From the sequence record ON287375.1: a stretch of 64,000 nt of DNA. The stretch is one strand, 5' to 3'. A program made the position numbers and the translations under genes. The notes under the pieces were generated by a model. That model worked only from the letters and a program-made list of their open reading frames with translations. It searched no databases and was not told where the DNA came from. Shown here piece by piece: positions 39,433 to 49,777 of the stretch; position 1 is the stretch's first letter; every line of letters starts with the position of its first letter.

Positions 39433-39496
39433 TAAGCCCTAGTTCCTCTCCTGGGTTTTAGCCCAGGAGAGGTTCATCAATAGAGGTTTAATTTTT

Positions 39497-39898
39497 ATGT
39501 CTGAGATTATGGCACCGATGGAGTTTAATTCCAGACTGTCTTTAATGGCAATAAACATTGCTGATTCAGTCAGGGATAAATATCCTAAAGCTGTACACTT
39601 TAAAAAGGTAAAGGGTGAACTGAGGAAGATGGGGATGTTCTTAAATAGAAACCCTAACTGCATTCCCGTGTCATTCGAATACCTTAAAGTGAAAGTTATC
39701 ACTAACAATGCGGAAGGTATCGCATTCATATTAAGCGGTAAGAGCGGAGGTGATGAATTGTTAATCACTTCTAAAAACAAACACCTCATTAATAATTGGT
39801 ATAAGACCAGTTACAAACCTTCAACTTTAGCTGAGTGGAGAAATTATTATGGTGACAATTGGCGACAGCCCATTCGACCTGTACATCGAGTTCTCTAA
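39497..39898 (+). CDS. Hypothetical protein
   Basis: 133 aa, GAGG RBS. Confidence 0.65.
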   Translation: MSEIMAPMEFNSRLSLMAINIADSVRDKYPKAVHFKKVKGELRKMGMFLNRNPNCIPVSFEYLKVKVITNNAEGIAFILSGKSGGDELLITSKNKHLINNWYKTSYKPSTLAEWRNYYGDNWRQPIRPVHRVL

Positions 39899-40259
39899 GT
39901 TTCGTGTCAACACTTTTAACTCGATTAAATCCAAGCGTAAGCCTGAATTAGTTTGGCGTGATATTGATAAGGTATTGACACGTATTGCCAACTCTATCGA
40001 GAAGGGTTATACCTTATCTAATCGTTTCAGTGCTTTTGATCAACAAGAGTACCGACCGTATCCTTACTTCGAGATCACTTGGTCTGAAATCGATAATCCA
40101 CGGAATATGACCGTGACGATTACACGTGGTGCTTTAAGTATTACAATCACTCAGGATTCCTGGAGTAAGTTTCATGTTTGGGCCACTAAGTGGAAAGCTA
40201 CCAAACCTGCCACTCTGGAAGAATGCCAAGATGTCAATTTCTACACACGGTGGTGGTAA
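39849..40259 (+). CDS. Hypothetical protein
   Basis: 136 aa, GGAG upstream. Confidence 0.6.
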   Translation: MVTIGDSPFDLYIEFSKFRVNTFNSIKSKRKPELVWRDIDKVLTRIANSIEKGYTLSNRFSAFDQQEYRPYPYFEITWSEIDNPRNMTVTITRGALSITITQDSWSKFHVWATKWKATKPATLEECQDVNFYTRWW

Positions 40260-40735
40260 TGAACGATAAATTAAAGCAGCAACGTATTTCTGATCTTCAT
40301 ACAACTTGGAACTACCTTCGTAATCGGATTGCTAGTTCTCATCCTGCAAGGCGCTTAAAGCTTCAAGTATATGAATCTATCGATAAGGAATTCAGAAGAC
40401 TAGCCAGGGCGATTTATTCCCGTAAGCTCAGTGTTCTGAGTTATAAGGTCATTCAGTTTGGTAACATTGACTTTAATAACGGTTGGATTGATATACGGTC
40501 CAGAAGTGGTTTCACTGTTAGGCTTAAATTCACTGATATCGATATCTTTAGTGATTGGGCATTTAGCGAATGTCCAGAAAAAGAAGTTGAAATGAAGAAG
40601 ATGATCAAAATAGGTAACAGTGTATACGAGACCTATGAAACTGATTCTAAAGGAAATAGAATTCCAAAACAAGCTCACGAAATAGCTGAAGATGCAGATA
40701 AGTTATTGAACGGAGATGATGCCGGAGATATTTAA
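40259..40735 (+). CDS. Hypothetical protein
   Basis: ATG overlapping the previous TAA; GGTGG RBS. Confidence 0.65.
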   Translation: MNDKLKQQRISDLHTTWNYLRNRIASSHPARRLKLQVYESIDKEFRRLARAIYSRKLSVLSYKVIQFGNIDFNNGWIDIRSRSGFTVRLKFTDIDIFSDWAFSECPEKEVEMKKMIKIGNSVYETYETDSKGNRIPKQAHEIAEDADKLLNGDDAGDI

Positions 40736-41337
40736 TGGCATGGCTGAAACGTAGTTATAAGCGAGACTGGCTTCAACGTTCTCCTAAGTTGAATACAGTT
40801 AGTTATCGTCATGAACTTAGTAACATGACAACTTGGGAACTTAAACCTGAATCTGAGGATAAAGATCCTAACAAAAGAACTTGGGCTGATGACTATTATC
40901 CGGTAGAGGTTATACAAGCTACTTTTGAACTCACGTTCTCCATTGGATCTGAGATCATACGGATACATGCCCCTGACTTTATTGGTGCTAGTGATGCTTT
41001 AAAAGACTATACCAGAAAACTGGAATATCTTAGAGACATCATACAACGCTTCATGAACGAATATAGGCCGTTTCATGATAAAGACAAGGCATTCATCATC
41101 AAAGAGTTTTTAAACCCAGGAGAAGGCCCTACAGCGATCTATACGAGCACTGTCGCTATAAGTTATTCCACTAGTCATGGTTTCTTCTTTGAAATAGGTT
41201 CTTGCGATGATAAAGCCAGACTCTATGTCGAAAAAGAAAAGGACTTCTTAGAGTTGTTAATTAAACTCACTAAGTTCTTAACCAGTGCGATAACTGACGC
41301 GAAGACTTCTATGGATACTTATAAAGGTCGGTTGTGA
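40735..41337 (+). CDS. Hypothetical protein
   Basis: 200 aa, coupled start. Confidence 0.7.
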   Translation: MAWLKRSYKRDWLQRSPKLNTVSYRHELSNMTTWELKPESEDKDPNKRTWADDYYPVEVIQATFELTFSIGSEIIRIHAPDFIGASDALKDYTRKLEYLRDIIQRFMNEYRPFHDKDKAFIIKEFLNPGEGPTAIYTSTVAISYSTSHGFFFEIGSCDDKARLYVEKEKDFLELLIKLTKFLTSAITDAKTSMDTYKGRL

Positions 41338-41348
41338 TTTAGTTGTAT

Positions 41349-41370
41349 TTGAAATCAGGTCTATATTATC
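41349..41370 (+). promoter_or_regulatory. Putative phage early promoter
   Basis: TTGAAATCAGGTCTATATTATC. Confidence 0.5.
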
Positions 41371-41411
41371 TAAGTGTATAGACCTACAACAATTTAATTA
41401 GGAGTTTAGAT

Positions 41412-41936
41412 ATGAAACTGATCAACATTATTCTGGTTGCTGTATCCCTGTTTGCTTCCTCTGTGTTTGCTGCTGGTTGGGAGATCGATTCCACCAATGG
41501 TAACAAACTTACCTCGATTATCAACTCTGGTGATCAGGGTGGAGTACTGAAACTGTCCTGTGACACCAGCACTAAGAAGTTGGCATTACAGTACATGTTC
41601 GAAGGTAAAGTTTACGACTTCTTTGTCATCCGTAAATTTGGCGACATTAATGGAAGTGTTGCTGAAGGCAAAATCTCTATTGGGCTGGGAACCACCACTC
41701 AAGCTCAGGTATTTAAAGAACTGATGTTCAACAAAGGTGCTATTGCCGTGATTCGTTTCCCTGTTGGCACTAAAGCTATTTGGGATAAAGCCATTGAGGA
41801 TGTAGCTCCAGTTCCACCTGCATTAGAGCAGGAAGGTGAGGAGTTCTTCTTAACCGGTAACGATATTACAACACTGATGAATAAAATCGGTTCTAGCTGC
41901 CCATTCAATCCAGCTGATAAAGATCCTATCTTTTAA
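41412..41936 (+). CDS. Secreted/periplasmic protein
   Basis: MKLINIILVAVSLFASSVFA signal peptide; two Cys. Confidence 0.75.
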   Translation: MKLINIILVAVSLFASSVFAAGWEIDSTNGNKLTSIINSGDQGGVLKLSCDTSTKKLALQYMFEGKVYDFFVIRKFGDINGSVAEGKISIGLGTTTQAQVFKELMFNKGAIAVIRFPVGTKAIWDKAIEDVAPVPPALEQEGEEFFLTGNDITTLMNKIGSSCPFNPADKDPIF

Positions 41937-42032
41937 GTTGAATGGGATTTGAGAAATATATAATCTAATTGATTTTAAACCTTGCGGTCTTTGGGTTTTC
42001 CAGAGACCCTAAATTTAATTATGGATACCAAA

Positions 42033-42674
42033 ATGAAAAAGTCTCAATCTTTGTTTATGATGTTTATTATTATCCTGATTGCCGGTGGTCTGTATTCCTG
42101 CAGCGCACGTGGTGCTTCTTATGATATCAAAGAAGATATCGTATTGCCAGCGCTACCTAAAAACGCGGTAGTCTCAGTTAAGGCTGAGAAAGTTATGGAT
42201 GGCGTGACCGATCTGAATGTTTATACTCAGGTTGGTAAAAACAAAGAGCGCTTCATTCTACAGTGTGATGCTAACCAGCAGACCATGAGTGTCTATTACT
42301 TCATGAAAGATACACTGGGTGGTAAAGCTAAAGGTGCTGATGCTTGGGGTATCACTTTGTATGAAGGCACTGATACTCACTATGTTGAAGGCGGTCGTGG
42401 TTTCATTTATAACTCTGAAATCATCGGCAGTAACTTCCGTGAAAAGTTGAGCAAGATCGCCAACTCAGGGATCAACGGTTATATGGTATTTGAGTTCTAC
42501 CAGACCATGGCTGATGGTTCCCGCTCTACCATCGCACAATCAAATCCAATTAAATTCAGTATCGCCAAAGACATGCTGAAAGCAGTGGATGCGATTCCTA
42601 ACTCTGAAGGTTGTAATCTGGAAGGTGGATTCACCACAGTTCAACCATTAGTCCGTTACGGTGATTCATTTTAA
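42033..42674 (+). CDS. Putative lipoprotein
   Basis: MKK + hydrophobic stretch + GLYSC lipobox-like; two further Cys. Confidence 0.7.
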   Translation: MKKSQSLFMMFIIILIAGGLYSCSARGASYDIKEDIVLPALPKNAVVSVKAEKVMDGVTDLNVYTQVGKNKERFILQCDANQQTMSVYYFMKDTLGGKAKGADAWGITLYEGTDTHYVEGGRGFIYNSEIIGSNFREKLSKIANSGINGYMVFEFYQTMADGSRSTIAQSNPIKFSIAKDMLKAVDAIPNSEGCNLEGGFTTVQPLVRYGDSF

Positions 42675-42689
42675 TCTATAGGTATTGAC

Positions 42690-43199
42690 ATGACCAAAGT
42701 AAATAAAGTTGCTGTCGCATTACTGGTTTTCGTAGCTGTCATTATTTTCAAACTAACGCAGACCGGTTCCGCACCTGCTGAACCTTATGTAGCTCCACCA
42801 GTCTTCACTATGTCTCAAAGTGACAAAGGTTTAACTGCCGAGTTTGTCTGTATCCGTGAAGGTCGCCGTGATGGTTACAAAATACAGATCGTTGACACGG
42901 AAGGTAAAGTAGTTCCAGAAGCTAAGCTTTGGTACAACGTCAATCCTTATGCCGGCAAATATATTGCCGATGTTGAATGGAAAACCGTTCCTCGTGTTAA
43001 TGAAGAATTCCCAGCGGGTGATGTTTTTATGTTGACTGTTTTGCAGTTCTCCCCGTTGTTGAATAATCCTGATTCAGCCATCCAATATTACCTGGGTGAA
43101 AAACCACCAACTACAAAATCCAAGATCAAATATATCGAAGGTCCTGATATGATCTTAGCCGCTGAACACACAGCGCGATCGGAATGTATGAAGAAATAA
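42690..43199 (+). CDS. Membrane-anchored periplasmic protein
   Basis: N-terminal signal anchor VAVALLVFVAVIIF; two Cys. Confidence 0.7.
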   Translation: MTKVNKVAVALLVFVAVIIFKLTQTGSAPAEPYVAPPVFTMSQSDKGLTAEFVCIREGRRDGYKIQIVDTEGKVVPEAKLWYNVNPYAGKYIADVEWKTVPRVNEEFPAGDVFMLTVLQFSPLLNNPDSAIQYYLGEKPPTTKSKIKYIEGPDMILAAEHTARSECMKK

Positions 43200-43221
43200 C
43201 CCAACTAAACTTTAGAGAGAA

Positions 43222-43902
43222 ATGAAAATGAAAAACGTATTTAAAACTGTTGCAGTAATGTTCCTGGCTTTCGGTCTGATGGCTTGTGATTCCAAAGATG
43301 GGTTCGATCAAGACCTCAGTAAAAATGAAGCGGTGGCTGCTGAGATGCGTGGTGAAGTTCTTCACCGTGTGGACTATGCCCAAAAGCTGATGGTGAAATC
43401 TGTCAAAGTAATGGATGGGGTTTACACCTTCGGTATCTCTATCAAATCTCCAACTCGTCAGCCACAGGTGATTGCCTTTACCTGTGCTCCTGAAGCAAAT
43501 GCAGCCGGGATTGCGCACACCATCCTGGATGAAGATAACCAGCCTATCCGTGATGTTTCTACTTTGAGCATCATGAAGTATCGCAAGAATATCAAACAAG
43601 TTACTGAGTTTGATGAGAACAATACTCCACTGTTCTCTACTGCTAATGGTGACAGTGATTTCATCTCTGCGATGAATAAACTGAAAATCCTGGATAAAGA
43701 TACTCCAATTGCATTCACCATCGAAACTCCTGATGATGAAGGCATGGCGGATACTAAAGGTTGGTCCATCATGATGAAAGCAGGTGATCTGTACGATGCT
43801 TGGAAAGATGCGCCTACTGCTTCTTGTAAAGGCACCCACCTGACCATCGAACGTGAAGATGTCATCGTCGGTATGACAAATCGCCAGATGATGGGTAAAT
43901 AA
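43222..43902 (+). CDS. Putative lipoprotein
   Basis: FLAFGLMAC|DS lipobox; two further Cys. Confidence 0.75.
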   Translation: MKMKNVFKTVAVMFLAFGLMACDSKDGFDQDLSKNEAVAAEMRGEVLHRVDYAQKLMVKSVKVMDGVYTFGISIKSPTRQPQVIAFTCAPEANAAGIAHTILDEDNQPIRDVSTLSIMKYRKNIKQVTEFDENNTPLFSTANGDSDFISAMNKLKILDKDTPIAFTIETPDDEGMADTKGWSIMMKAGDLYDAWKDAPTASCKGTHLTIEREDVIVGMTNRQMMGK

Positions 43903-43919
43903 AATAATTATGTGATAAG

Positions 43920-43944
43920 GTTAGAGGGCTTCGGCTCTCTAGCC
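43920..43944 (+). terminator. Hairpin terminator
   Basis: gttagagggc-ttcg-gctctctagc. Confidence 0.65.
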
Positions 43945-43987
43945 TAATCCATAAAAGACCTTTTCTTTTTGCCTGCATTTAAAATTA

Positions 43988-44004
43988 TTCAAACAGATAT
44001 TATT
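43988..44004 (+). promoter_or_regulatory. Putative phage early promoter
   Basis: TTCAAACAGATATTATT. Confidence 0.55.
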
Positions 44005-44047
44005 AGCATGAATACGAATAGTTTTAATTAAATATAGAGAGATCAAT

Positions 44048-44752
44048 ATGAATAACATCGCTTTGACCGAAGAGGAAGCCAAAGTCCAAGCCGATAAAGA
44101 CTGGGCACAGTTGTTCGGTTACAAAATGCAGAAAGAACTTCTGCGTTACTGTGTCTGGTCAATTTCTCTAAATGATATTGCTCATAACCTTGGTCATGTC
44201 TGGGATGTCTGTAATCTGGGGATTTGGATATCTGAAGAACTGGGGTTAGATGAACGTTCAGCTCAGTTGGTAAACGTTGGTTGTTTACTTCACGATATCG
44301 GTTGTCGGTATGAACGTAAGCATCATCATTTGATAGGATATGGGCTTGTATATGAACTCGTTGGTCGTTACTGGCCAGGAGAGTTTAATGATGAAGAACT
44401 ATTGACTATCGCCACTGCGGTACTGGAGCATCGCAGTTCAAATCCGAACAAACCAACCAACCTTATTAGTAGTGTCGTAAGTGTTGCTGATTCTGGAGCC
44501 CCGGATTTTAATAAGTATATACGGCGAGCAGTTCAATTCAGAATTGGGAAGATGGATAAGGAACTTCTGATTGAAGAAGTTTATAAACATCTGTTAGAGA
44601 AGTTTGGGGTCGAGGGTTATCACTGGAAAAGTTATCCTGATATTGGATTGTCGCTCTTTAAGGACGAGTGGGATGATTTCTCTAAGAAACTCTATGACGA
44701 TAAATACACACTGTCTTTGATAGAGACAACGTATGATGCCATAGGAGGCTAA
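44048..44752 (+). CDS. HD-domain phosphohydrolase
   Basis: AHNLGH...CLLHDIG...HH...EH...VADS motif order. Confidence 0.85.
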   Translation: MNNIALTEEEAKVQADKDWAQLFGYKMQKELLRYCVWSISLNDIAHNLGHVWDVCNLGIWISEELGLDERSAQLVNVGCLLHDIGCRYERKHHHLIGYGLVYELVGRYWPGEFNDEELLTIATAVLEHRSSNPNKPTNLISSVVSVADSGAPDFNKYIRRAVQFRIGKMDKELLIEEVYKHLLEKFGVEGYHWKSYPDIGLSLFKDEWDDFSKKLYDDKYTLSLIETTYDAIGG

Positions 44753-44754
44753 AT

Positions 44755-45213
44755 GTGCACAGTAACTCAGCTGAATACATGCTGACCGCTGTGGTTGTAA
44801 TAGTGATGCTAATTTGTATCCTTGGTGTCTTATGGGCTTTCTTGCACGATCGCTCTGCCGATCAAAAGTTCAGCTGGCACCAACTTGTTAAAAACAGTTT
44901 CCATGTCGTAGTAATTTGTACGGATGGAAAGGAATATGTAATTGACATTCATTACAACTGCAAAGCACAAACCCCGGTATTTAAGTTGAAAGGACAAAGA
45001 GGGTTGGTATTCTATTTACCGCTTGGCTTTACACGTCAAGCGTTCTTGGATTATATCAATAACCTCTCAGGAATTGACGACCAGTTACTCAAGGTCATCA
45101 AGTGTATTAGGAATGAAAGCATCTTGAAAGGATGTAATTTCACACATGAGGATATTTCAGCTTATCGGGATTTCAAACGACACTTGTTATTAAAGGCTTT
45201 AAGAAATAGATGA
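44755..45213 (+). CDS. Membrane-anchored hypothetical protein
   Basis: GTG start after GGAGG; N-terminal TM helix. Confidence 0.65.
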   Translation: MHSNSAEYMLTAVVVIVMLICILGVLWAFLHDRSADQKFSWHQLVKNSFHVVVICTDGKEYVIDIHYNCKAQTPVFKLKGQRGLVFYLPLGFTRQAFLDYINNLSGIDDQLLKVIKCIRNESILKGCNFTHEDISAYRDFKRHLLLKALRNR

Positions 45214-45620
45214 CCATCATACTCTTTGCAACGTTGTTCTTCTTTGCCTGTCTGATTGGTAATTGGATCATGGGTAGCCAGAAGTCCAAGATGAGTTCTA
45301 CCATCGAAGGTAAGGTGATGACAATAAGATATCGAGACAGAATTCTTAATGTAACTGGAGACCGTAGTGTGAGGTTGGTTCTTTACACTCGTTTTAAGAA
45401 TGTCGAACATATCGTCATTCCAATCGGAAGAGGAAAGGAAACAGCAGATCAGGTGGAAAGATTCTTCTTGAACTCTAGGAAGACATCCATACTTGCAAGG
45501 AGACTATTTACTTTTAGTTCTGCGATTAATCCGATTGAGTTGATGCAGTTTGATCCTTCTTGTGCCTCTGAATTAGTTGAAGCTCAACTGAAGTTACATT
45601 CTTTCTGTAAAATGATTTAA
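45210..45620 (+). CDS. Membrane-anchored hypothetical protein
   Basis: N-terminal TM helix; ATGA overlap. Confidence 0.65.
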   Translation: MTIILFATLFFFACLIGNWIMGSQKSKMSSTIEGKVMTIRYRDRILNVTGDRSVRLVLYTRFKNVEHIVIPIGRGKETADQVERFFLNSRKTSILARRLFTFSSAINPIELMQFDPSCASELVEAQLKLHSFCKMI

Positions 45621-45624
45621 ACAA

Positions 45625-45668
45625 CATAAAACCCCTACCCCTCCTTTCGGAGTGGGTAGGGGATAATA
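45625..45668. terminator. Member of the repeated palindrome family
   Basis: cccctacccctcc-tttc-ggagtgggtagggg between convergent genes. Confidence 0.7.
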
Positions 45669-45684
45669 ACTTATGTTATTTTTT

Positions 45685-46587
45685 TTAGCCCATGTACTTA
45701 GGCTGGGTTACGGTACGAGCATCTTTATTCATGATGTCGATCAGACCGTTGTTCTGAATGCCCTGCAGTGTAGCAGTTGGCTGTTTGAAGCCAGCAGGTG
45801 CAGCACGACCACCTGGGTTGTAAAGAGGCATACGTTGCATTACAGCACGTGCAATCTCTTTAGCCGCCAGAGTATCGAACTCCATCAGACCAGTGAACTC
45901 AGTGTTGATTTCGCGAACAGCACCAGAGGAGTTGTCAACGTCAAAGCTGAATTCATAGTTCGCACCTTCTTTAGGCATCTGAGCCAGAACCAGGCAAGCG
46001 TGACGCACATCGCGCCAGTTACGACTTGGTTCAAAGTAGATGGAACTCATGGAGATTTCATCCAGAAGCATTTCTCCCTGATAGTTCAGAGTGATGATCT
46101 TAGGATGACGAATCACCGGGTCTTGCAGCAGGTAGCTGATCCAGGTATCCATCAGTTTGGAGAAGGATTCACCTTCTGGATCCAGAGCCATGTGGCTGAT
46201 CGCACCGAAGGTACGAGTGGACCCAACTGGGAAGCTCAGGGTAGAACCACCAGCCCAAGTGATGTCATGGTAATCAACTGCAGTACGAACGCTCAGACCG
46301 GACCAGTTACGGCTACGAGTTTCCATGTATGCACGAAGCAGACCATGAAGCTCTTGACCACCAGGCAGTGCAGAGAACGCAGCTGGAGTTGACAGGTTGA
46401 CGCAGTAAGGACGCTGGGATACATACGGTTGTTCCTGAACAAAACGGAAGTTGTTAGGAGCAAAGCCATACTGACCGCCGAATGCAGCGTTGATTACCGG
46501 AGTGTTCCGGATATCAAATGCACGGACGAAGTCAGAGTTCCCCGGCATCAGCGTCATATTGTCGCGATATGGGTAGTTAGTTGCCAT
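45685..46587 (-). CDS. Tail tube protein (phiKZ gp30-like)
   Basis: 300 aa immediately downstream of the sheath gene; extreme codon bias. Confidence 0.75.
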   Translation of the reverse strand: MATNYPYRDNMTLMPGNSDFVRAFDIRNTPVINAAFGGQYGFAPNNFRFVQEQPYVSQRPYCVNLSTPAAFSALPGGQELHGLLRAYMETRSRNWSGLSVRTAVDYHDITWAGGSTLSFPVGSTRTFGAISHMALDPEGESFSKLMDTWISYLLQDPVIRHPKIITLNYQGEMLLDEISMSSIYFEPSRNWRDVRHACLVLAQMPKEGANYEFSFDVDNSSGAVREINTEFTGLMEFDTLAAKEIARAVMQRMPLYNPGGRAAPAGFKQPTATLQGIQNNGLIDIMNKDARTVTQPKYMG

Positions 46588-46598
46588 CTTTTAATTCC

Positions 46599-48794
46599 TT
46601 ATTCTGCTGCGAGGCTGTCTTCGTTGTAAGCTTCCAGCGTAGAATCCATCATGTAAACGCCTTTACCCAGCCACAGGCGAGTTACTGCGTACATAACAGA
46701 TTTAGAAGTAGGAGAATCTTCACGGAACGAAGTCTCAACTTCCCAGTTGGAAATTACAGAACCAAACAGATCACGGATGCGTGCTTCTGCACCGTCTTTA
46801 ACGCGAGCCAGATAACCTTCACGACCCAGCTGTGGATCGCCAGAAACCTGAATCCACTGATCTTGCAGAATCTTCTCAACGCAGACACATTTCCAAACGT
46901 TGGTCAGATCTTTCAGCACACTGTTGATGTTGTCATAAACAGTCGGAAGTGCTGGACGGCAGAACTGAGACTCGGTGATTGGAGTAACAGTAATCGAACC
47001 GTTGATCAGGTTGTTAGCAGCAGGATCGTCAGCTTCGAACTGTACCTGTGGATCGTGAGCGATACGCAGAATACGGTTAGCGTCGTGATCAGGCATTTGA
47101 GAAGCAAACATCTTACCGTCTGCACCACCACCTGCTACTGCGAATGCATACATCAGGTCGATGTTCAGAGAGAAGCGTTCCCAAGTAGGTTCGTTGATAT
47201 AACGAGCATCCCACAGGTTGATGGACGAACGGCAAGCCGAAGCCTTATACACTTCTGATTCTGGAATCATGACGATGCGGGTGTTCAGCATAGTAGCGGT
47301 AGAGTAGATCTCATCTTGAGTTTTCTTACGCAGCCATTCGGTTGCACAAGGAACAACGATGATATCTTTACGCTTAGACATGAACTGGATCAGGATGTCT
47401 TTGATACGCTGGTTATAACCAACGTCCCACATGAACGAAGCACGGTTACGAATAACGTCTTTAACGTCCAGGGAGTTTTGATACTCAAGCAGATAAGCTT
47501 CCAGCAGTACCTGGTTCATTTCCCAGCACTGTTTGGTAGAGATCACTGCATCAGGATCAGTCACGTCTTCAACCCAAACACCATCTACTGCATCTACCCA
47601 AGTACTAGGTTTAGCAGGGAATTTACCTTCAGCATCAGCATAAGGGTTTACACCGCCGCTAGCTTGCAGGTAATGGTTAGGGCTGATACGAGTACCAGTC
47701 AGGGAACCTTCAACGTCCAGGTTACCACCGAACACAACGTGATGATATGGCTTACCAAAGTGGTTCACCAGATCCAGCATGTTCATGATAGCGAACTTAG
47801 GCAGACGTTTAGATTGTACAGTTGGAGGCAGAATAGTGCCATCGCCATATTCAGCTTCGTACAGTTCTTTAGCTACCAAACTGATGTTTTGTGTATAAGA
47901 GTATACAGTATCAAATGGAGCGTCACGAAGTTCAACTGGACGGTTAACGTTGTTACCGGTGTACTGGTCGACTGCAGTTTTCAGACTGTAGCGAACGTTC
48001 AGATCGGAAACAGTGTCGAACATGGTGAAGGTGGTATCTGGAACACCATTGATGGTATTAGCAGGTACGCGCAGACCATTATCCAACAGGACACCCATAT
48101 TCAGGATGAATGGGTAAGAACCGTTAGTCATAACGAAACGAGCAACTTCATTCCAGTCAGTATTTGTATTATGACCGATGGTTACATAGTTAGCGTTATA
48201 GACATCACCAATCCCAGAGATAACTTCACTCAGTGGGTAGAAGGTACCTTTAGTACCAACTGGGATATCTGGGGTGCTATCACCAGCAGTTACTTCCAAG
48301 TTCTTAACAGAACCGATTTCACCTTTGGTGGCAGCAACAGCTGGACAGACCCAAACACCTTTGACGGTTGGTGCTTCTTTATTGACTACCGGGTTACCAG
48401 TTGCATCTTGTTCGTAATCGTCATTTACATCACGAACATAATTCGGGATATCGCCTTTAAAGATAGCTACACCGAAGATAGTACGTGCTTTGACGTTGTT
48501 GTTCACCAGACGTTTAAAACGGAAAGACGCCTGACCCGCGCGACCTAATTGCTGGATAGCATAGGTAACTGGGTTGTAGTACATACCGAACGCATCAGTA
48601 GTGTCGCCGAACTTTTCAGTGAAAGTCCCAACAGCTACCGTACCGCCTTTGGTTGGCCCCTTAGGGGTTACCGAAGCGAAGTCCGGAAAGTGAGCAGGGG
48701 AAGAGATAACTGGTACGCCGGCTGGGAATTGTTCCCGACTAACGATACCATTATTTACCACTTTACCTGGAATCACTTTGTTAAAAGTATCCAT
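46599..48794 (-). CDS. Tail sheath protein (phiKZ gp29-like)
   Basis: 731 aa; FMWDVGY and RKDIIVV sheath-type C-terminal motifs; synteny with terminase. Confidence 0.85.
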   Translation of the reverse strand: MDTFNKVIPGKVVNNGIVSREQFPAGVPVISSPAHFPDFASVTPKGPTKGGTVAVGTFTEKFGDTTDAFGMYYNPVTYAIQQLGRAGQASFRFKRLVNNNVKARTIFGVAIFKGDIPNYVRDVNDDYEQDATGNPVVNKEAPTVKGVWVCPAVAATKGEIGSVKNLEVTAGDSTPDIPVGTKGTFYPLSEVISGIGDVYNANYVTIGHNTNTDWNEVARFVMTNGSYPFILNMGVLLDNGLRVPANTINGVPDTTFTMFDTVSDLNVRYSLKTAVDQYTGNNVNRPVELRDAPFDTVYSYTQNISLVAKELYEAEYGDGTILPPTVQSKRLPKFAIMNMLDLVNHFGKPYHHVVFGGNLDVEGSLTGTRISPNHYLQASGGVNPYADAEGKFPAKPSTWVDAVDGVWVEDVTDPDAVISTKQCWEMNQVLLEAYLLEYQNSLDVKDVIRNRASFMWDVGYNQRIKDILIQFMSKRKDIIVVPCATEWLRKKTQDEIYSTATMLNTRIVMIPESEVYKASACRSSINLWDARYINEPTWERFSLNIDLMYAFAVAGGGADGKMFASQMPDHDANRILRIAHDPQVQFEADDPAANNLINGSITVTPITESQFCRPALPTVYDNINSVLKDLTNVWKCVCVEKILQDQWIQVSGDPQLGREGYLARVKDGAEARIRDLFGSVISNWEVETSFREDSPTSKSVMYAVTRLWLGKGVYMMDSTLEAYNEDSLAAE

Positions 48795-48901
48795 AGTAAA
48801 ACCTCATTAATTTTTTTGATCAAAAAAATCAATCGTATGACCCTAAAATCGGGCATGACAGTTAACGTTAACACGCATAACATTATTTCAGGACTAGAGT
48901 T

Positions 48902-49777
48902 ATGATATTAAATGGTTACGATACTACCGTGGGTAGTAGATTCAAAGTTAAAGATAAAGTAACTGAAACGATTAATGCTTTACAAAGTACTGATCGTTTA
49001 GAGTTAGTTGATAATCGTGGTGTGTTCGCAGTTGATCACAAAAACGATTTTGGCCTGCCTCCATTTATCTTCCCTATCTCTCTCATTAACTACATGAGAG
49101 AACCAGTTACCGTTTTTGACCAACGCACTTACTTTAATAAAGCAGGACGTAATATTAACGTTCCTGAATATAACGTAATGTTGCTGGCAAGTATCCTTCA
49201 ACAGGATGCACAAAAAGGTAACCTTACTTTAATTAAATCAGTTCGTCCATTCACTATCAAAGCATTCGCTAATGCTGTTGGTAATGCCATCGGTCGTACA
49301 ACAACACTTGATATTGTTCAGAAGATAACACTGCGTGTCATTCTGGGCTATTACTTCGTCTGTTTATCTGAAAGTCCTAATGTGGATTATTCATTTATTG
49401 CACAGAACGCGGTATCTCGTGCTTTGCGTATTCCGCAAGCTCAGGTTCAAGAAATCATTAAAGACCTGGGTTATCTGGCTAAAGTTGAAGACCTGCTGAA
49501 AGCGATCAAAGAAGAACCATCTCTGTTCTCTCTGAGTCGTTTGGATATCGGTGGTTTAGTTGCTGCTGGCTCCAGTGTATTCTTCTCTACTTCTGGTTTC
49601 CGTATGTTGATGGGTGCTGCTCTGGAAATGCCAACTCTGTTCACAGCTATCTGCTGGGGCGCGGCTACTCAGAAAATCTATCAGAACACAGCGGTTGGTC
49701 AGGAACTGAATGTTAAAGAAGATAAGACAGTTTCTAGCTTCATTGCTACAACTGAATACTACTTCACAGGTCGTTAA
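48902..49777 (+). CDS. Virion structural protein (phiKZ gp28-like)
   Basis: 291 aa, divergent from sheath; synteny. Confidence 0.65.
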   Translation: MILNGYDTTVGSRFKVKDKVTETINALQSTDRLELVDNRGVFAVDHKNDFGLPPFIFPISLINYMREPVTVFDQRTYFNKAGRNINVPEYNVMLLASILQQDAQKGNLTLIKSVRPFTIKAFANAVGNAIGRTTTLDIVQKITLRVILGYYFVCLSESPNVDYSFIAQNAVSRALRIPQAQVQEIIKDLGYLAKVEDLLKAIKEEPSLFSLSRLDIGGLVAAGSSVFFSTSGFRMLMGAALEMPTLFTAICWGAATQKIYQNTAVGQELNVKEDKTVSSFIATTEYYFTGR

